Assembly (NCBI RefSeq): GCF_006345805.1
Contig: NC_043006.1
Coordinates: 27,900,001 to 27,964,000 of the forward strand
Length of the DNA stretch: 64,000 nt
Direction of reading: 5' to 3'
Source of the DNA: Octopus sinensis
Taxonomy: Eukaryota
Part shown: positions 13,400 through 26,611 of the stretch, in pieces
Position numbering within the stretch: the stretch's first letter is position 1
How the letters are laid out: each line of letters opens with the position of its first letter
Position numbers and translations under genes: made by a program
Notes under the pieces: model-generated
The model's database searches: none
What the model saw: the letters and a program-made list of their open reading frames with translations, nothing else
What the model was told of the DNA's origin: nothing

Positions 13400-13582
13400 G
13401 TCATGCGTAAAGTTTCCTATTGAGAGAACCTCTACTTGGTGGCTTAACCTACAAGAAATCTCATCTAGAAAATCTAGAAAACAGGAAAGGCACAATGAAT
13501 CTAATGATGGAATGGTCATAACTGGAATGACTTTGATCATAAGTCTGCTAAATCATAGCTGACCTGGGGCTAAACAATAACA
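13400..13582 (-). repeat. Unclassified dispersed repeat of about 200-250 bp (tgttgtttagccccaggtcagc...gatttggctgctatttctagcagg). Copies at about 235-300, 30810-30850, 35470-35665, 40280-40400, 43735-43795, 49545-49730, 51775-51930, 59965-60025, 60715-61085
   Basis: The motifs gacctggggctaaacaacaac and gatttggctgctatttctagc recur in both orientations. Confidence 0.7.
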
Positions 13583-16500
13583 CAGTGATATATGGCATGT
13601 ACCAAAGGAAAATAGATCAATAATTTAAATCAGTGTGTGTGTGTGTGTGTGTGTGTGTGAAGGAAAGAAGTTGAAAATACACTTGGAGTCTTTAAGAACA
13701 TTTATTTGCATGTACTGAACTGATTTCAAAATTTTGTGATTTTCAGAAGTAGAATGATATAAATGAAACTGGAGTTAAAGCTTTTGGTTTTGACTCATGA
13801 GACAAATTAAACATAGCCCTACACACCTACATCTCACACTACTTTTGAAATTCATGAAGTTGTGAAACCAGCTATACAGCAGTTTTCCTAGGAAAGGATT
13901 TACATTGTTCACTGTTGTAATAAATTGTCAATATAAACATGGCTGTGTGGTTAAGAAGCTTGCTTTGCAACTACTTGGTTCTGAGTTCAGTCACAATGCA
14001 CAGCGACTTCACCAACTATCTTCTACTTTAGCCCTGAGCCAACCAATGCTTCTGAGTAAATTTAGTTGATGGGATGTTAAATGATGATAATATATATGTG
14101 TGTGTGTATATACATCATTGTTATTATGCAAAAGTGTCGTAAGTCCAAAATGTTGCTTTTTCAGAAAACAAAAAATAGTTACACCATTCCATAACAAAAC
14201 CGTTATACTACACTTTGGCAATTTTTGATATCTTGGCATGTGAAGCAGCAAAGGAACCGGCTGTTGCAAGCAAAAATAAATATAAAAAAAAACGCATTGA
14301 CCAAATTTGGACATAAACCTGTTTAACATAACAGCAATAATATATATCTATATGCACATATATATTTATCATCCTCTTCATTTAACATCTATTTTCCATT
14401 CTCACGTGGGTTGGACAATTTTGACTGGAGCTGGCGAGGCCAGTTCCATTGTCTGTTTTGGCATAATTTCTACAGCTGGATGCCCTTCCTAATGCCAACC
14501 GTTTTACAGTGTGTACTTGGTGCATTTTATGTGGCACTAAGACTGAGTGGGTCATCAAGTACCTTGCAATGCAAAAATCCCTCAACTGGGAGTGGTTAGT
14601 AGTATTGAAGGGTGTGGCTTTGTGTCAGTTGAGAGGTTTAATGTTTAGAGGAAACAGATATAGGTGTCTTGCTGTGAAGTAGTAAGAAGAGTGATAGTGA
14701 GAGAGATGATTGCAGGGATGTATTGAGGCATGCATTTGAGAAACATGGGGGTAGTGAGACTAGGTGAGATGATGTAGAGGCTTGGACTGGTCAAGTGTAC
14801 AAGATGCGGTGAATGTAGCAAATGATGGAAAGAAATGTAGGACAAACTTAGGGTTTACTGTAGGTATGTGAGGAGTTGATGATGGAGTGCAGCACAGGAA
14901 GAGGAGTGGAGATGATTGATGAAAACAGGTGGGGAAGAAAGATAACTAAGAAAGTCAGATGTATTATGTGCCTATTCTACTCTAAGGTGATGGTGGAAGT
15001 GATGAGTGTTACGGGATGAAACGTAAACCATCATTGCTGCCCATCCAGAAAAATTTGTATCAATGTCTCTTGTCCACAAGCAGTTTAGCTGAGGCCCCTC
15101 TCCATCGTTCCTCATGCACACAACACACATCTACATACAACTGCTCAAGCATTTCAACAATTTCACCAGACCTACCTTTCATTGTGCCAACATTGCTGTG
15201 GCAACTCCGAGCTTGCAAACCTGGAAAGCCTGGGAGGGAATTGGGGGGATGTTATAAGCATCTAAATAGATATTTGCAGTTACTTGTCTGGAGGCAGTGG
15301 ATCCTTGTGCTTGGTGTAGGTAGGTACAGGTTGCAGCATGAATTACAATTAGAATTTCAGTTTGAATTTCCTTCAGTCCAGTAAAGCTTTTGTGGGTATG
15401 CAACTGCTACTGGGGTAGGGTGGGGGGAGTAGATAAGGTTCAAGTAGGAGTTTTCAGTATTATCAAAGCAACAATTAGTTTTTTGCAATGCAGAAGCCAA
15501 GCACACTGTGATAATATAGCCTTTTAAATTATCATCATCATAGTGTAAACATATATACATAAACACACACACATATGCACATAAGCACATACTTGAACAA
15601 TGCATCACATATAAAAAACATGTATGTAGGTCCCCTCAAGATGCTTATATACATATATATTAATGTGGTGTCATCTGCAATGATTATATATATATATATA
15701 CACACACATATATACACATACATATAATTATGTGCACATAAGCACATACTCATATGTGAGCAGATGTAAGCAAAATATACAAGCAGTCATATTTGTGCAT
15801 GCACTTGAACCTCCTTCACAAAGGTAGCAATGAGGAGTGGGAGAAGTAACAATAGAATTGAGACCATATAATTAGACAGCCCTCTGAAAATTTGACAGAA
15901 ATTAAAGTTATTGCTTGTTGATAGAGAGCCCTTATATTTAGTACCTGTGAGAAAGATAGATCGGTAGATAAAGACATGTCCATATCACAGAAAGAGAGAG
16001 ATGATATTATTACTATTCTTAAGAGAGACTTCAAACAGAGAAATTGAGGTGGGGAGAGGCTGTAGGGACTAAAGAAAATTTTAATGCAATTATATGGTCA
16101 TGTATATAAAAGAGCAACAAATTTGGAAAAGCTGAATAAAATAAATTAGTTTGCTTAGCTTTAGTTCAGGTAGCAACTCAGTATGCCAGCTCAACTGCTA
16201 TAAAGTAAATCAAGACCATGTGTTAAGGTCTTTTATGATATTCTGGGATCCCCAAGAACACGAAAATCTACAAGCGTTGGAAGAAACTATTATTTGCCAT
16301 TTTACTGACAATATTATCACCATCATCATCATTGAGAATATGTAAGAGTGCTGGAAGAACTATTTAACCATTCACCACTGTCATTATCAACAAGATCACA
16401 CATCTACCAAATATATCCTTTGTGGTCTATATGGGAGTTTCTGACAAATTGAAAGTTCTTTGCCTATCAATATAGCACCTGTAAGTGAGATAGACAGATC

Positions 16501-17142
16501 ACTAGATAGAGACATGTCCATAATACCACAAGGGGGAAAAAGTGGAAGAAGTTGTTATATAATCATTTAACATCTGTTTTCCATGCTGGCATGGGCAAGA
16601 CAGTTTGATAGGAGTTGAACAGCTGAAATGCTGTTCAGGTTCCATGTCTATTTTGGCATGGTTTCTGCTGCTGGATGCCCTTCCTAATGCCAACCACTTA
16701 ACAAAGTGTATGTGCTTTTTATGTGGTGCTCCATTTAACAATGCTATCATTACATCAATTTAAATGCAGAGCAATCCTCAGCTGCATAAAGACAGAATTA
16801 AATTAAATTAAAACAGATGGACACATTAGTATAATTTTACCTAAAACCTCCAAGGAGGTAAGGAAATAGACAAAGAACATGCTGTTTTCACTTCCACTTA
16901 GAAGCTCCTAAGGTATCAGGAAGAAAGACTTGTTAGAGATTCAGCTTGTCACTGTTTTTTTTGGGGTCAGTTTTAATTTGTAGACTTGTTTATCAAATCT
17001 TTGTATATCAATATCTAAAGCCAAAAAGCAAGGAGCAGTGTATGTTAGGAAGGGGGCTGAGGAAATCGACAGAAAGCATAGTGTATAAAATGTATATAAA
17101 AATGTATACATATATAAATATATGTTTATATATATATATATA

Positions 17143-17670
17143 TACCAGCAGTATAGCCCGGCTTTGCTCGAGATTAAGTTGGGATTATTAAGCTAATCAA
17201 GCTCTTTATTTCAAAGCGAAAAAGTAACATCAACGTCAAATTTGAGTGAAATCTGTTGAAATTGGTAAACTTTTGGCTGGAATTTTGAAGACAATTTGAT
17301 TGGGAAATCCCATAACGAATCATTTTTTCCACTCATCGATTATTATTTTTTTTCGTTTTTGGAGAACTTAAAGCATTCAAAGATCCATTGAGTCCCAAGT
17401 AATGCTGGCATCAAGTTTGAACAAAATACATCAAAATTGGTAGACGTTATGGTTGAAAAGAGTCAGATCTCTCCTTTCGAAAACATGGACAGTTTTGAAA
17501 CATTGTTTACAAAATGCAAATTTAGCACCCGGATGTAAGTTTTGTAAGTGGAATAGAGAGGCCTACCTTCTCCCACAGAGATGTGAGAGTCAGATCTCTC
17601 CTTTTGAAAACATGAACAGTTTCGAAACATTGTTTACAAAATAATAGCTGATCGTTTGCGAAGGGGCGTG
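17143..17670 (+). mobile_element. Non-autonomous Helitron/Helentron-like element
   Basis: Starts ataccagcagtatagcccggctttgctcg, a subterminal hairpin typical of DINE/HINE-like elements. An internal unit of about 55 bp occurs twice (17460, 17587). Confidence 0.5.
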
Positions 17671-18199
17671 TCTACAATCAACACGTAGGTCTTTTGCTCT
17701 GGTAACTTCTGCTCTCTCCCATGTTCACGCACGACCAGCTATATATCGTTATAAGTAAAGCAACGGATTCAGCTAATTTGGAAATTGTGGAGAAACGGAG
17801 AATATCGTTTATATATATATATATACAGGCAACACACACACACATTGCATACGTGAGTTTTGTACGCATACATGCTCGTGTGTGTGTGTGTGACTGAAGC
17901 CATTCACACATACATACATACATAACAACAACCGTCTGTCTGTTTTTGCCTGTCAGTAAAAAGACGAAATTTTAAAAATTTGTTATCTCTCTCTCCCTCC
18001 CTCTCTTTACACCATCGCTAGAAGGGGACTTAACTCATGTTTGTGAACAATGGTGGATTTCTCTGCCGTGAAAATTGTTAAATTATGGTCGAAAATTTAC
18101 TTTTACTGCTATTTGCTGGTGCCTCGGGGGAAAATAATTTGACGAAAATACAGCTAGGGTCGTGACGAATGTCCTCCTAAAATTGGAGTGACATGCGTG

Positions 18200-18326
18200 C
18201 TAATTTGTGGACGTGTATAAATTACATTCACGTACACACACACACACATCCTACCACTTATATATATACAGATATATATATATATATATATATTTATATA
18301 AATGTATGTATATATATCTATAAATG

Positions 18327-18388
<62 letters not shown>

Positions 18389-18470
18389 CAAATGTATCTA
18401 TATATATAAATGTGCGTGTATATATATATATATCTATAAATGTGTGTGTGTGTATATATATATATAGGTA
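18200..18470. repeat. (TA)n/(TG)n microsatellite
   Basis: Long pure TA run. Confidence 0.9.
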
Positions 18471-18479
18471 TAAGTTAGA

Positions 18480-19960
18480 GGTGTTTAAAAGCTCTAAGGG
18501 ATGGTTAAATCCAATGGCGTGTCTTGGTGATTACCTATGTAGGTACAGTCCTTGATAAAAGGTATAATATGGTAGCAGGTAATTCAGTGGGTAAACCGTA
18601 GTTTAAATTATATGCAAGAAGAAAATGGAGGAAAAGTAACAGGAAGAAGTTGGTTGTTTGCACTAGTAAGCCATTAATTTAATTAATTAATAAAGAAAAG
18701 TGGTAGTAATAGTACATTTACGATCGTTTCTGTTTACCAGTTGTAGTGGTAGATATCATTAGAATGTAGAGGTAAGAAGAGTGAAAGACAGGGATACATT
18801 GGTAACGAGAATAACAACAAAGAATGGCGAGTCTTACGTTATAGTAGATATCTTAGTTGTTAATTCTGCTATGAAGTGGATGTAGGGTGGAGGTTATTTT
18901 GATCTGTAGTCCCAAGTTTAACTATTTTCCACATGTTTATTCTGGCTAGATTTTTCATCAGCGGTGTAAAGAAAGGGGGTTAACTCTAACTCATGGTGAA
19001 AAGGGTGCTAAATCTATCCGGATTACTCAGTCTGGGGTGAGTAAGGAATTTATGTGTCTTTGGGACTTAAAGTTGTAGGAAGTTCGTAGTAATGGAGGAA
19101 GCCCTGTGTAGGTGTAAAATAATTTATTATCGGGTATGTAAAGCGAGTGGGGCTTGGGAGGTGAATGCTTGTAAGTAGGTGGTTCCTGGCTAAATGGGAT
19201 TATTTAGGTGAAGATGCTAGTGTAGGATTTGTACAGGGTCAAGTGGGTTTACTGATACTTGGAAAAGACAAAGAGACCTATATGAAGACAAAAATTACTG
19301 TTCTCGTATTTTCTATTAAGAAGAGGTGTTTTAGCCATTAAAATTTCCAGTCATTTGGTTAAACAGGGATTGCACCATCTATTGGTAGAGTTGTAAGAAG
19401 TTGTTTTTGTGCGTATGCGCCATTCTAGTCTATATCCTATTTTTTTTATCCTTAAGCTGCCAGATATAGCTACTAAGCCCTGTTGAATTTTCCTTACTCC
19501 TATTTTTGAAGCTAAGTTGGTGTGAGTTGTACCTAAGTATCATTTAGTTTTATGTGTCTCCTATATAGGATTTTATATGGCTATCTGTGTGTACGTCACG
19601 TTAGTAAACTACGTTTTTAGTGTTTACATCTATTAGAGAATTGGTACTTACTTCTATCCATGCAGCCACACAAATTATTAGGTATATCTGTGTTCGTGTT
19701 GTGTTATGGGGGGCTATTACTACTCTGGTCTTTGTCTATGTTACTAGGAGGTGGTTCATTAGTGGTGGGATTTGCTCTATTAGTCTGTTGGTTACTTACA
19801 TTTATTGTTCCTAATTTTCCTAGCTTCATAGAATGTGTCTAGTTTTCTTATTATTATTCAAGGCTATGATGGTAGCTGAGTTACTAGTCAGGCTGTGGCC
19901 TACTCTAATTTTATTCCTAAATGTTACTTATTATCTACATTTAAGTATTTATCTATTGGT
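18480..19960 (-). mobile_element. Degenerate Penelope-like element (GIY-YIG endonuclease plus 3' region)
   Basis: - strand: IDKYL..RNKIRVGHSLTSNSATIIALNNKK, LCGCMDRSKYQFSNRC, KSYIG...RYNSHQLSFKNRSKENSTGLSSYIWQLKDKKIGYRLEW. This is the PLE GIY-YIG signature, with stops and frameshifts. Confidence 0.8.
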
Positions 19961-19984
19961 CTTGACATTTTTTCTCTTTTTTCT

Positions 19985-20645
19985 TATTTGTTACCGGTTG
20001 ACACGCCTGAATATGAGAGCATTCCTTTACTTCAATTTTATTTGCGTCATGTCTAAGATTATTAATCTGAAATTCTTCAGAGTAGAGTAAAATTTTGGTG
20101 CTGTTCTAATTTTGTTAATATCTGCTTGCAGTAAGCCCTTGAGCAAAAATTAAACACTTGAACATGTCCAGTGTAAACTCATTCAATTTGAATTTATCAC
20201 ACTCTCTGGCATAGGTAACAAAATCTTCATCATCTTTTTTGACCAAATTTAAACAATGCCAGTGAATATTGAACAGGGAACTTCTTACACTGAAACTTTC
20301 CAGTAAATTGTTTCATTGAAACAAATCTCACCTAGTTTCTTTGGCAGAATATAATCACTATTTTTTCATGTTCAGCAGGGAATAACTTTCTTAAAAGTAG
20401 TCTTACTTTTTTCTCATCAGACCAACTTTTACATTCTTCTTTGAAGATTTTTTGTATGTTTGAAAATATGCGGAGAAGGTAATTTCTTCTGGATTATAAC
20501 TGAATTCTTCAAGTAAGTTTGCCACACTGTCTGGTGAGTACGAACCTGAAGTATTTTCAGACTTCTTCAACATTAATTCCAGCAACTGTTGGTTTTGTTG
20601 TTGTTGCTGTTGTAACTGCACCACAGAGGCCAATAGATCTTCCAT
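19985..20645 (-). mobile_element. Ty3/gypsy (K02A2.6-like) gag remnant
   Basis: MEDLLASVVQLQQQQQQNQQLLEL...PDSVANLLEEFSYNPEEITFSAYF / IFKEECKSWSDEKKVRLLLRKL / KKDDEDFVTYA.ECDKFKLNEFTLDMFKCLIFAQGL, with frameshifts. Confidence 0.85.
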
Positions 20646-21459
20646 GTAAAAACAATTTTTCTTTGGTTTCATACTAAAAAAAATTATTAGTGTCCAATAC
20701 AAGCTTTGAACAACTTGTCGCCACTTTTATATCCATGTGTTGGATATATAATTTAATGAAGCAGGGGGGAAAAAAGTATTTACATGACACAATGCAATCA
20801 CTATTACATGAGGCTCAATGCTCTCAATCACAGCTCACAGTGAACTGCTTACCAACCCGAACTGCCAATCGCTTGCAGTTCTTTATTTTATAACAATGAG
20901 TCAGTTCACCATTAGTCACTTGTTGGAGTGGTCGGAATCCTTCCACAACAGTAATGTGATCCCATGGCCAGATATGTTTCCATAGAAGACTGAAAATGAA
21001 AGATAATGGTTCAATACTGTTGATACTCATGATTATTACATGATACCAAGACAAGCAAACATGCACACATACATACGCACACGACAAGCTTCTTTTAGGT
21101 TTTTGTCTACCAAATCCACTTTCAAGGCTTTAGTTGACCTGGGGCTATAGTAGAAGACATTTGACAATAATGCTATGCAAAGGTGCTGAATCCGAAACCA
21201 CATGGTTGAAAAGAGACCTTCTTAAACTACACAGCCATGCCTGCACCTATAATATTATATATAGATATATATATATCATCATTTTAACATCCACTTTTCC
21301 ATGCTTGCATGATAACATTCATTTACAACTATCACACGAAGCCTAGGCAAGGAGACAGTAACACACACACACACACACACACATGTACATATGGCAGGCT
21401 TCTTTCAGCCTCCATCTACAAATCTGTTTTTGCATGTATAAAGATGTGTGTAAAATAAA

Positions 21460-21900
21460 TAATCTATTATATAAAATCCGTTCTGTCTGTCTGTGTATGT
21501 GTCTTCTAGGATCTCGGGCATCCCCCATCTGATTGCGCTCAAATTTGACATGTAGATACCTACGGTATCAGGGCATGTATAAGTCTTGAAAAAATTACAA
21601 AAATCGATTCCAGGTGAGAATGCGATCGATAAAGCCGTGGGAACATGCATTTGTATGCGCAAGTACATCAGCTGTTGCGATCGATACTACGTGTACACAA
21701 GAAAAATGTATGTGCAGTTTGCGCAAAAAAAGCCAGCTTGAAATAATGCCACAAAATGCAGTATATTTAAGAGACCAAAAAAGTAAAATGCAAAAGATAT
21801 ATTTTCTTCAAACTTGGCATGAAGGAAGGAAAGACTATTTGGTTTCTCAAGAAGTTTTCTTTTGCCGTAACTTCGTTTAACAAATCCCAAAATTTTATTG
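21460..21900 (+). mobile_element. Non-autonomous Helitron-like element
   Basis: 5' atctattatataaaatccgttctgtctgtctgtg start, typical of non-autonomous rolling-circle elements. Confidence 0.5.
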
Positions 21901-22563
21901 AAATAAAGGCATGCTTAATTATTTTTTAATGAAAAGAAAACACTGATTGCTTTTTATTCAGCACCATCCATTGGAGGGGGGGGGCGTTTTGCTCATTTTA
22001 AGAATATAAAAGTAAAGTTTGTTGATTTTTGTGTTTCTGAAACCCAGTTAATAGCAAAGGTCAAAACATTATGGCAAAATAATGTTCTTTATTTTGTAAA
22101 AAATAAATATGTCATTGTAAGTAATACTCTTGCAAAGTTAGTTTATCTCAAAGTCTAGTGTTGACAGATTCTGTGGCTGGCTACCACCGTGTATCATTAA
22201 TAACGTTAAGATTTTAGACAAGGCTGCTGAGATCAGTGAATCAACAAAAAAATCTTTTGATATATTTTACAGCACATAGCTTTGTTCCTTTTTAGTTAAA
22301 ATCATTGCTTAGATTTTTCCAGAGCTAGAGTAGAAACAATCAATTATTGGGCTTTGATTATTCAATAATCAATATGAAAAATATCACTTTGGGTAGTTGT
22401 AATAAATACACACAAACATATTTTTAATAAAATATATTTTACAAACAAATATTAGTACATAACAACTCACACTGAGATTTTCAAAAAATTAGTTTTGCTG
22501 TCACTGCAAATTTTCAACAGTTTAAAATGATAATGGTTTTCTTTCACATGTATTTTTTCTTTA

Positions 22564-22744
22564 TTATTTTGACTTTTTCTCTTTCTCACAGTTACAGTTA
22601 ATGTGGAGGCACATAGGGTAATAAATTGGACTCTGCCACATTTGATATAAAAGTATACAATGGCATAAATGAAGAAGACCACTACTCCAGTTAGTTGAAG
22701 GGTATGTATTCCAGCAGAGCTCAATGATTCCAAGAATAAGTAAT
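22564..22744 (-). CDS. ALG3: ALG3 last coding exon
   Basis: ttttaacttcag acceptor, [59 protein letters not shown]. It ends in KEKKSK, resembling a dilysine ER-retrieval signal. Confidence 0.96.
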
Positions 22745-25700
22745 CTGAAGTTAAAAATTGAATTAAAAAAGAAAAATTTTATTGATATTTTTAATACATT
22801 AAAACATAAAGAGAAAATAAATTTGACAGAATTTTATTTAACCCTTTAACACCAACTCATCTAAAACCACCTCTGGTTCTATGACAAACTTTCTGCTTTA
22901 AAGTGACCTAAATTAACACCTTCCATCAAAATCTCACATTAATTTATGTTGCAAACACCAGTTTAATAATGACAAAGTTATTTTTACTAAATTCTTCTTT
23001 ATTTTCAGAATTAATTAAAACAAAGGCAATGGTTTTCAACAGAAATATGGTAACAAAAGGGTTAAAGTTACAGAAAAAATGTCTCTTTAATCAGACTGAA
23101 ACTGAAATTGTAAAGAGACTTGAACATTTATATTTAATCGTCTCTGGCACACTTGAAGTCATATTTCTTAATTAGAAAAATCAAAACAATGTTGCTTTAA
23201 ATAAGATAGATCAGACTGGTAATGAAAAGTGCAGTTTAGTCATCAAGATTACCTATTTTATGTAAAATGATTTTAAAAACATTGATATCTGTTACACTGG
23301 GAAGAAATTTGATCTTATTAATAGCAATTTTACTTTAGGTGAAATTAAAAACAGGCTTAAAACATGACAGATCTTATAAATTTCACTAAATTAGAATTCT
23401 AAGAGAGAGGTATGGCCATGTGGTTAAGAAGTTCACATAAAAACCACGTGATTCCATATTCATTCTCATTACACAAGTTCTTGGGTTATAGTGTGAAGTC
23501 GACCTTTACCTTTTGAGCAAAATTTGGTAAAGGGAAATTCTTTTATTATCATAGTTCTGTTGAAACACATTGCCTTTATTTCAATTAATTTTTAAGATAA
23601 TGAAGAATTTATTACAATAACTTCATCATTATTGAGCTGGATGCCTTTCCTGTTACCAACTTAAAATGAAATTTTGATGAAAGGTTTTAATTTAGATCAC
23701 TTTAAAACATGAAATTCTGATGGAAAGCTTTAATTTATATAATCTTAAAACAGGAAATTCATGTTACAGTGGTGGTCTCAGGTAGGTTGGTATCAAAAGG
23801 GTTGAAGGTGTTGCAGGTAATTTTTTGGAAACTCAACAAACAATGATGAATGAAAATGAATGCCATACTCTTTGGGTTAATATAAATTACTTACTAAAGG
23901 CAGTGCCCTAGCATGGCCATTGTCCAATAACAGAAAAACAGTAAAATAAAAATAAAAATTAGTTATAGGGTTCTAGATATGAAAAATGATATAAAAGCCT
24001 TAGTAATGTAAATGCAGTGAAATCTGTGTATCAAATTCAAAGATGGCTTGAGGACTACAAACTAGTCCTCATGCCATCCATATTGTAACAAAGAATGATT
24101 CATTCATGCAAGAAGAGGGAAGTAATACTCCACTCTCAGTCTGACCTCTTCAGCAAAACATAGCTTTCACCATATTTGCTTAACCCTTTAGCATTTAAAC
24201 AAGCCATATTTAGCCAAAATATTCTACTTGTTCTATGTTCAAACTGGCCAGATATGGCTTCTCACACCCATTCTACAATGTCATTCTAAAAATATACAGT
24301 CACATCATCAAAATCTCAAAGCTATGAGATAATGTATGATTAATTCAAAACAATGTGAATTAATAAGGATTACATTTGATAGAGTAATCTGAATGCTAAA
24401 GGACTAAATAGTAATGAAAGAATTACGAAGTAAATATACAAGATGATGCATTGGTTGGTTTAGGAAAGTAGAATAGTTTAAAAATTTGATAATTCAGAGA
24501 TGCCATTCACACAAAAAGTAGTAGTTAAGTTCTTTTCAACATATTAAATGTAAAGAACACTAAAAATTATATTAGTCTAACACTAATATGATAGACAGGT
24601 GTGATGAAATTGTCAAACATAAAAGATTTATTTTGATTCACCTTGTGGATTTTATATCGATTTTTTGGCTTTCCTTGCTGTTTTAATGTGGTGGTTAATC
24701 ATATAGTCTTTACTGTTCACAATGTGAGGTAGATTGCATGTGTAAACAATGACCACACTAAAGTTAGAGTTTCCAAATATTTTTTAACCAGCATTATTTT
24801 ACAAATACATTTAATATAATTTAATGGGACAACGTTCAATGAACATAATAATTAGGAATCTTCTGTATATAAGTTGCTAAATATTTTGAAAATAGTGAAA
24901 GGAATTTAAATCACTGTATATACCTGATGTGCACTACTTGATACTACAAGTTAAAGTTGGTGCCTTTTGTTGAGTATGTTACATAAGGGAAATGAAAGAT
25001 GGAGAGAAAGACCAGCTCACTACAAGTAACATAGATTCCATGGTATGCCTTAATGGTTCTCTGGCCTGAGGTTGTATTTGTTGGCTTTTATAGCTGTAAG
25101 CCAGCTTCTAGAATCTTTGGCCAAACTTTTTGGCAGGAAAATCTGCATTACTTTGCACTGTATCATGTCAACGATATTAAGTCCACCAGTACATATTCAT
25201 CAAGCCATATTCTTGTATTTTTAATATCATTATTTAGAGATAAATTAATTCGTGGTCTTAGACTGGGAAAATCTGAGAGCTATGGTTTAAATCTCAGATG
25301 GGGTCAGATGTCCTCCTTTACTTGATATATTGTTCTTTTCTGTCTCCTCTTTTATTCTTTTTTGACAAGTAAATGATGTTTTTCCCTATACTCACATCAT
25401 CAGGCATACTTCTAAATGCAGCATGAAACGTGTGAGATGTCAATTATCAGTGATTAACTTTGCGATAAATTGTAATATGAAGGAGATCTATTCACAAGTT
25501 TATTTTCTTAATCGTTGTTTTTAGTAATTAGATTGTTACTCAAGTTAAGGTGATTGAACAAAATGGAAGTACTTACTTGAATGGTAACTTAATGGCATAA
25601 AGTAAGTAATGGAGAGTATGGAAATACCAGACATAGAACTGGTAATGGAGAGATCGACTGAAACACATTCCTATGAAATTTGCAGAAAATAAAGGAAGAA

Positions 25701-26576
25701 TGATCTGTGGGGTAAGTTAAGGTTATTTGGCAATATAGAAAGTATCAATTTATAACAGTAAAACAGGATAAATATTTGCAGGAGAGCCATTATGTAACAT
25801 TCATGCCTTTCTCAATAGCTGTTGAAGATATTAAAATTAGATAAAGACTTCATGTCAAATAAGGATGTTAAATGATTTTTAGACACATTTCAGTTTCTTC
25901 TAGTTTTATCTACATAGATTAATGCATACAAAAGTAGTGAGCTGGCAGTCATTAGTATGATGGAGAAAATGCTTAGCGGCATTTTGTCCATTCTTATGTT
26001 ACTGAGTTCAAATGCCACTGAGGTTGACTTTGTCTATAAATTTTTGGCAATTAATGAAATAATTACCAGTTGAGCACTGGGGATGATGTAATTGACTACT
26101 TCCTCTCCTCAAAATTTCAGGTCTTGTGTCTATAGTAGAAAGGATTATTTTTATCTATACATATATTGTAATCGCACATAAACTACAGCTGCTGTTACAC
26201 TTATCTACATATATATTCTAATCCACACACAAACAGCTGCTGCTGTTGTTATTCCTGTGTACATATAAACCACTGTTATTATTACATGCAAATAAGGCAG
26301 TGAGCTGGCAGAACTGGATTAAATGCTTAGCAGAATTTTGTCCATCTTTACATTCTGAATTCAATTTCCGCCAAGGTCGACTTTGTCTTTTGTCCTTTCA
26401 GGTCATTGAAGAAAGTACCAAACAAGCACTAGGGTTGATGTAATCGACAAACCCCCCACCACAGTTTCAGGTCTTGTGTCTATAGTAGAAAGGATTATTA
26501 CCTGCAAATAATTCTTTTTTATGTTCCTGAGATAATTCCCATCACTACAATATACAGCATAAAAATACTGATACTT

Positions 26577-26611
<35 letters not shown>

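Noticed and set aside
15016-15608. Overlapping 74-122 aa ORFs between MLX and ALG3
   Set aside because: No recognisable motif and no consistent splice-phase partners.
18714-18746. Possible hammerhead remnant at the 3' end of the Penelope element (GAAACGATCGTA on the - strand)
   Set aside because: Stem III is palindromic, but the CUGANGA core, stem I and stem II are too degraded to call.
22467-22733. 88-aa ORF with a TM-like stretch ([12 protein letters not shown]...)
   Set aside because: Alternative frame overlapping the ALG3 last exon. The ALG3 frame fits the splice phase and known motifs.
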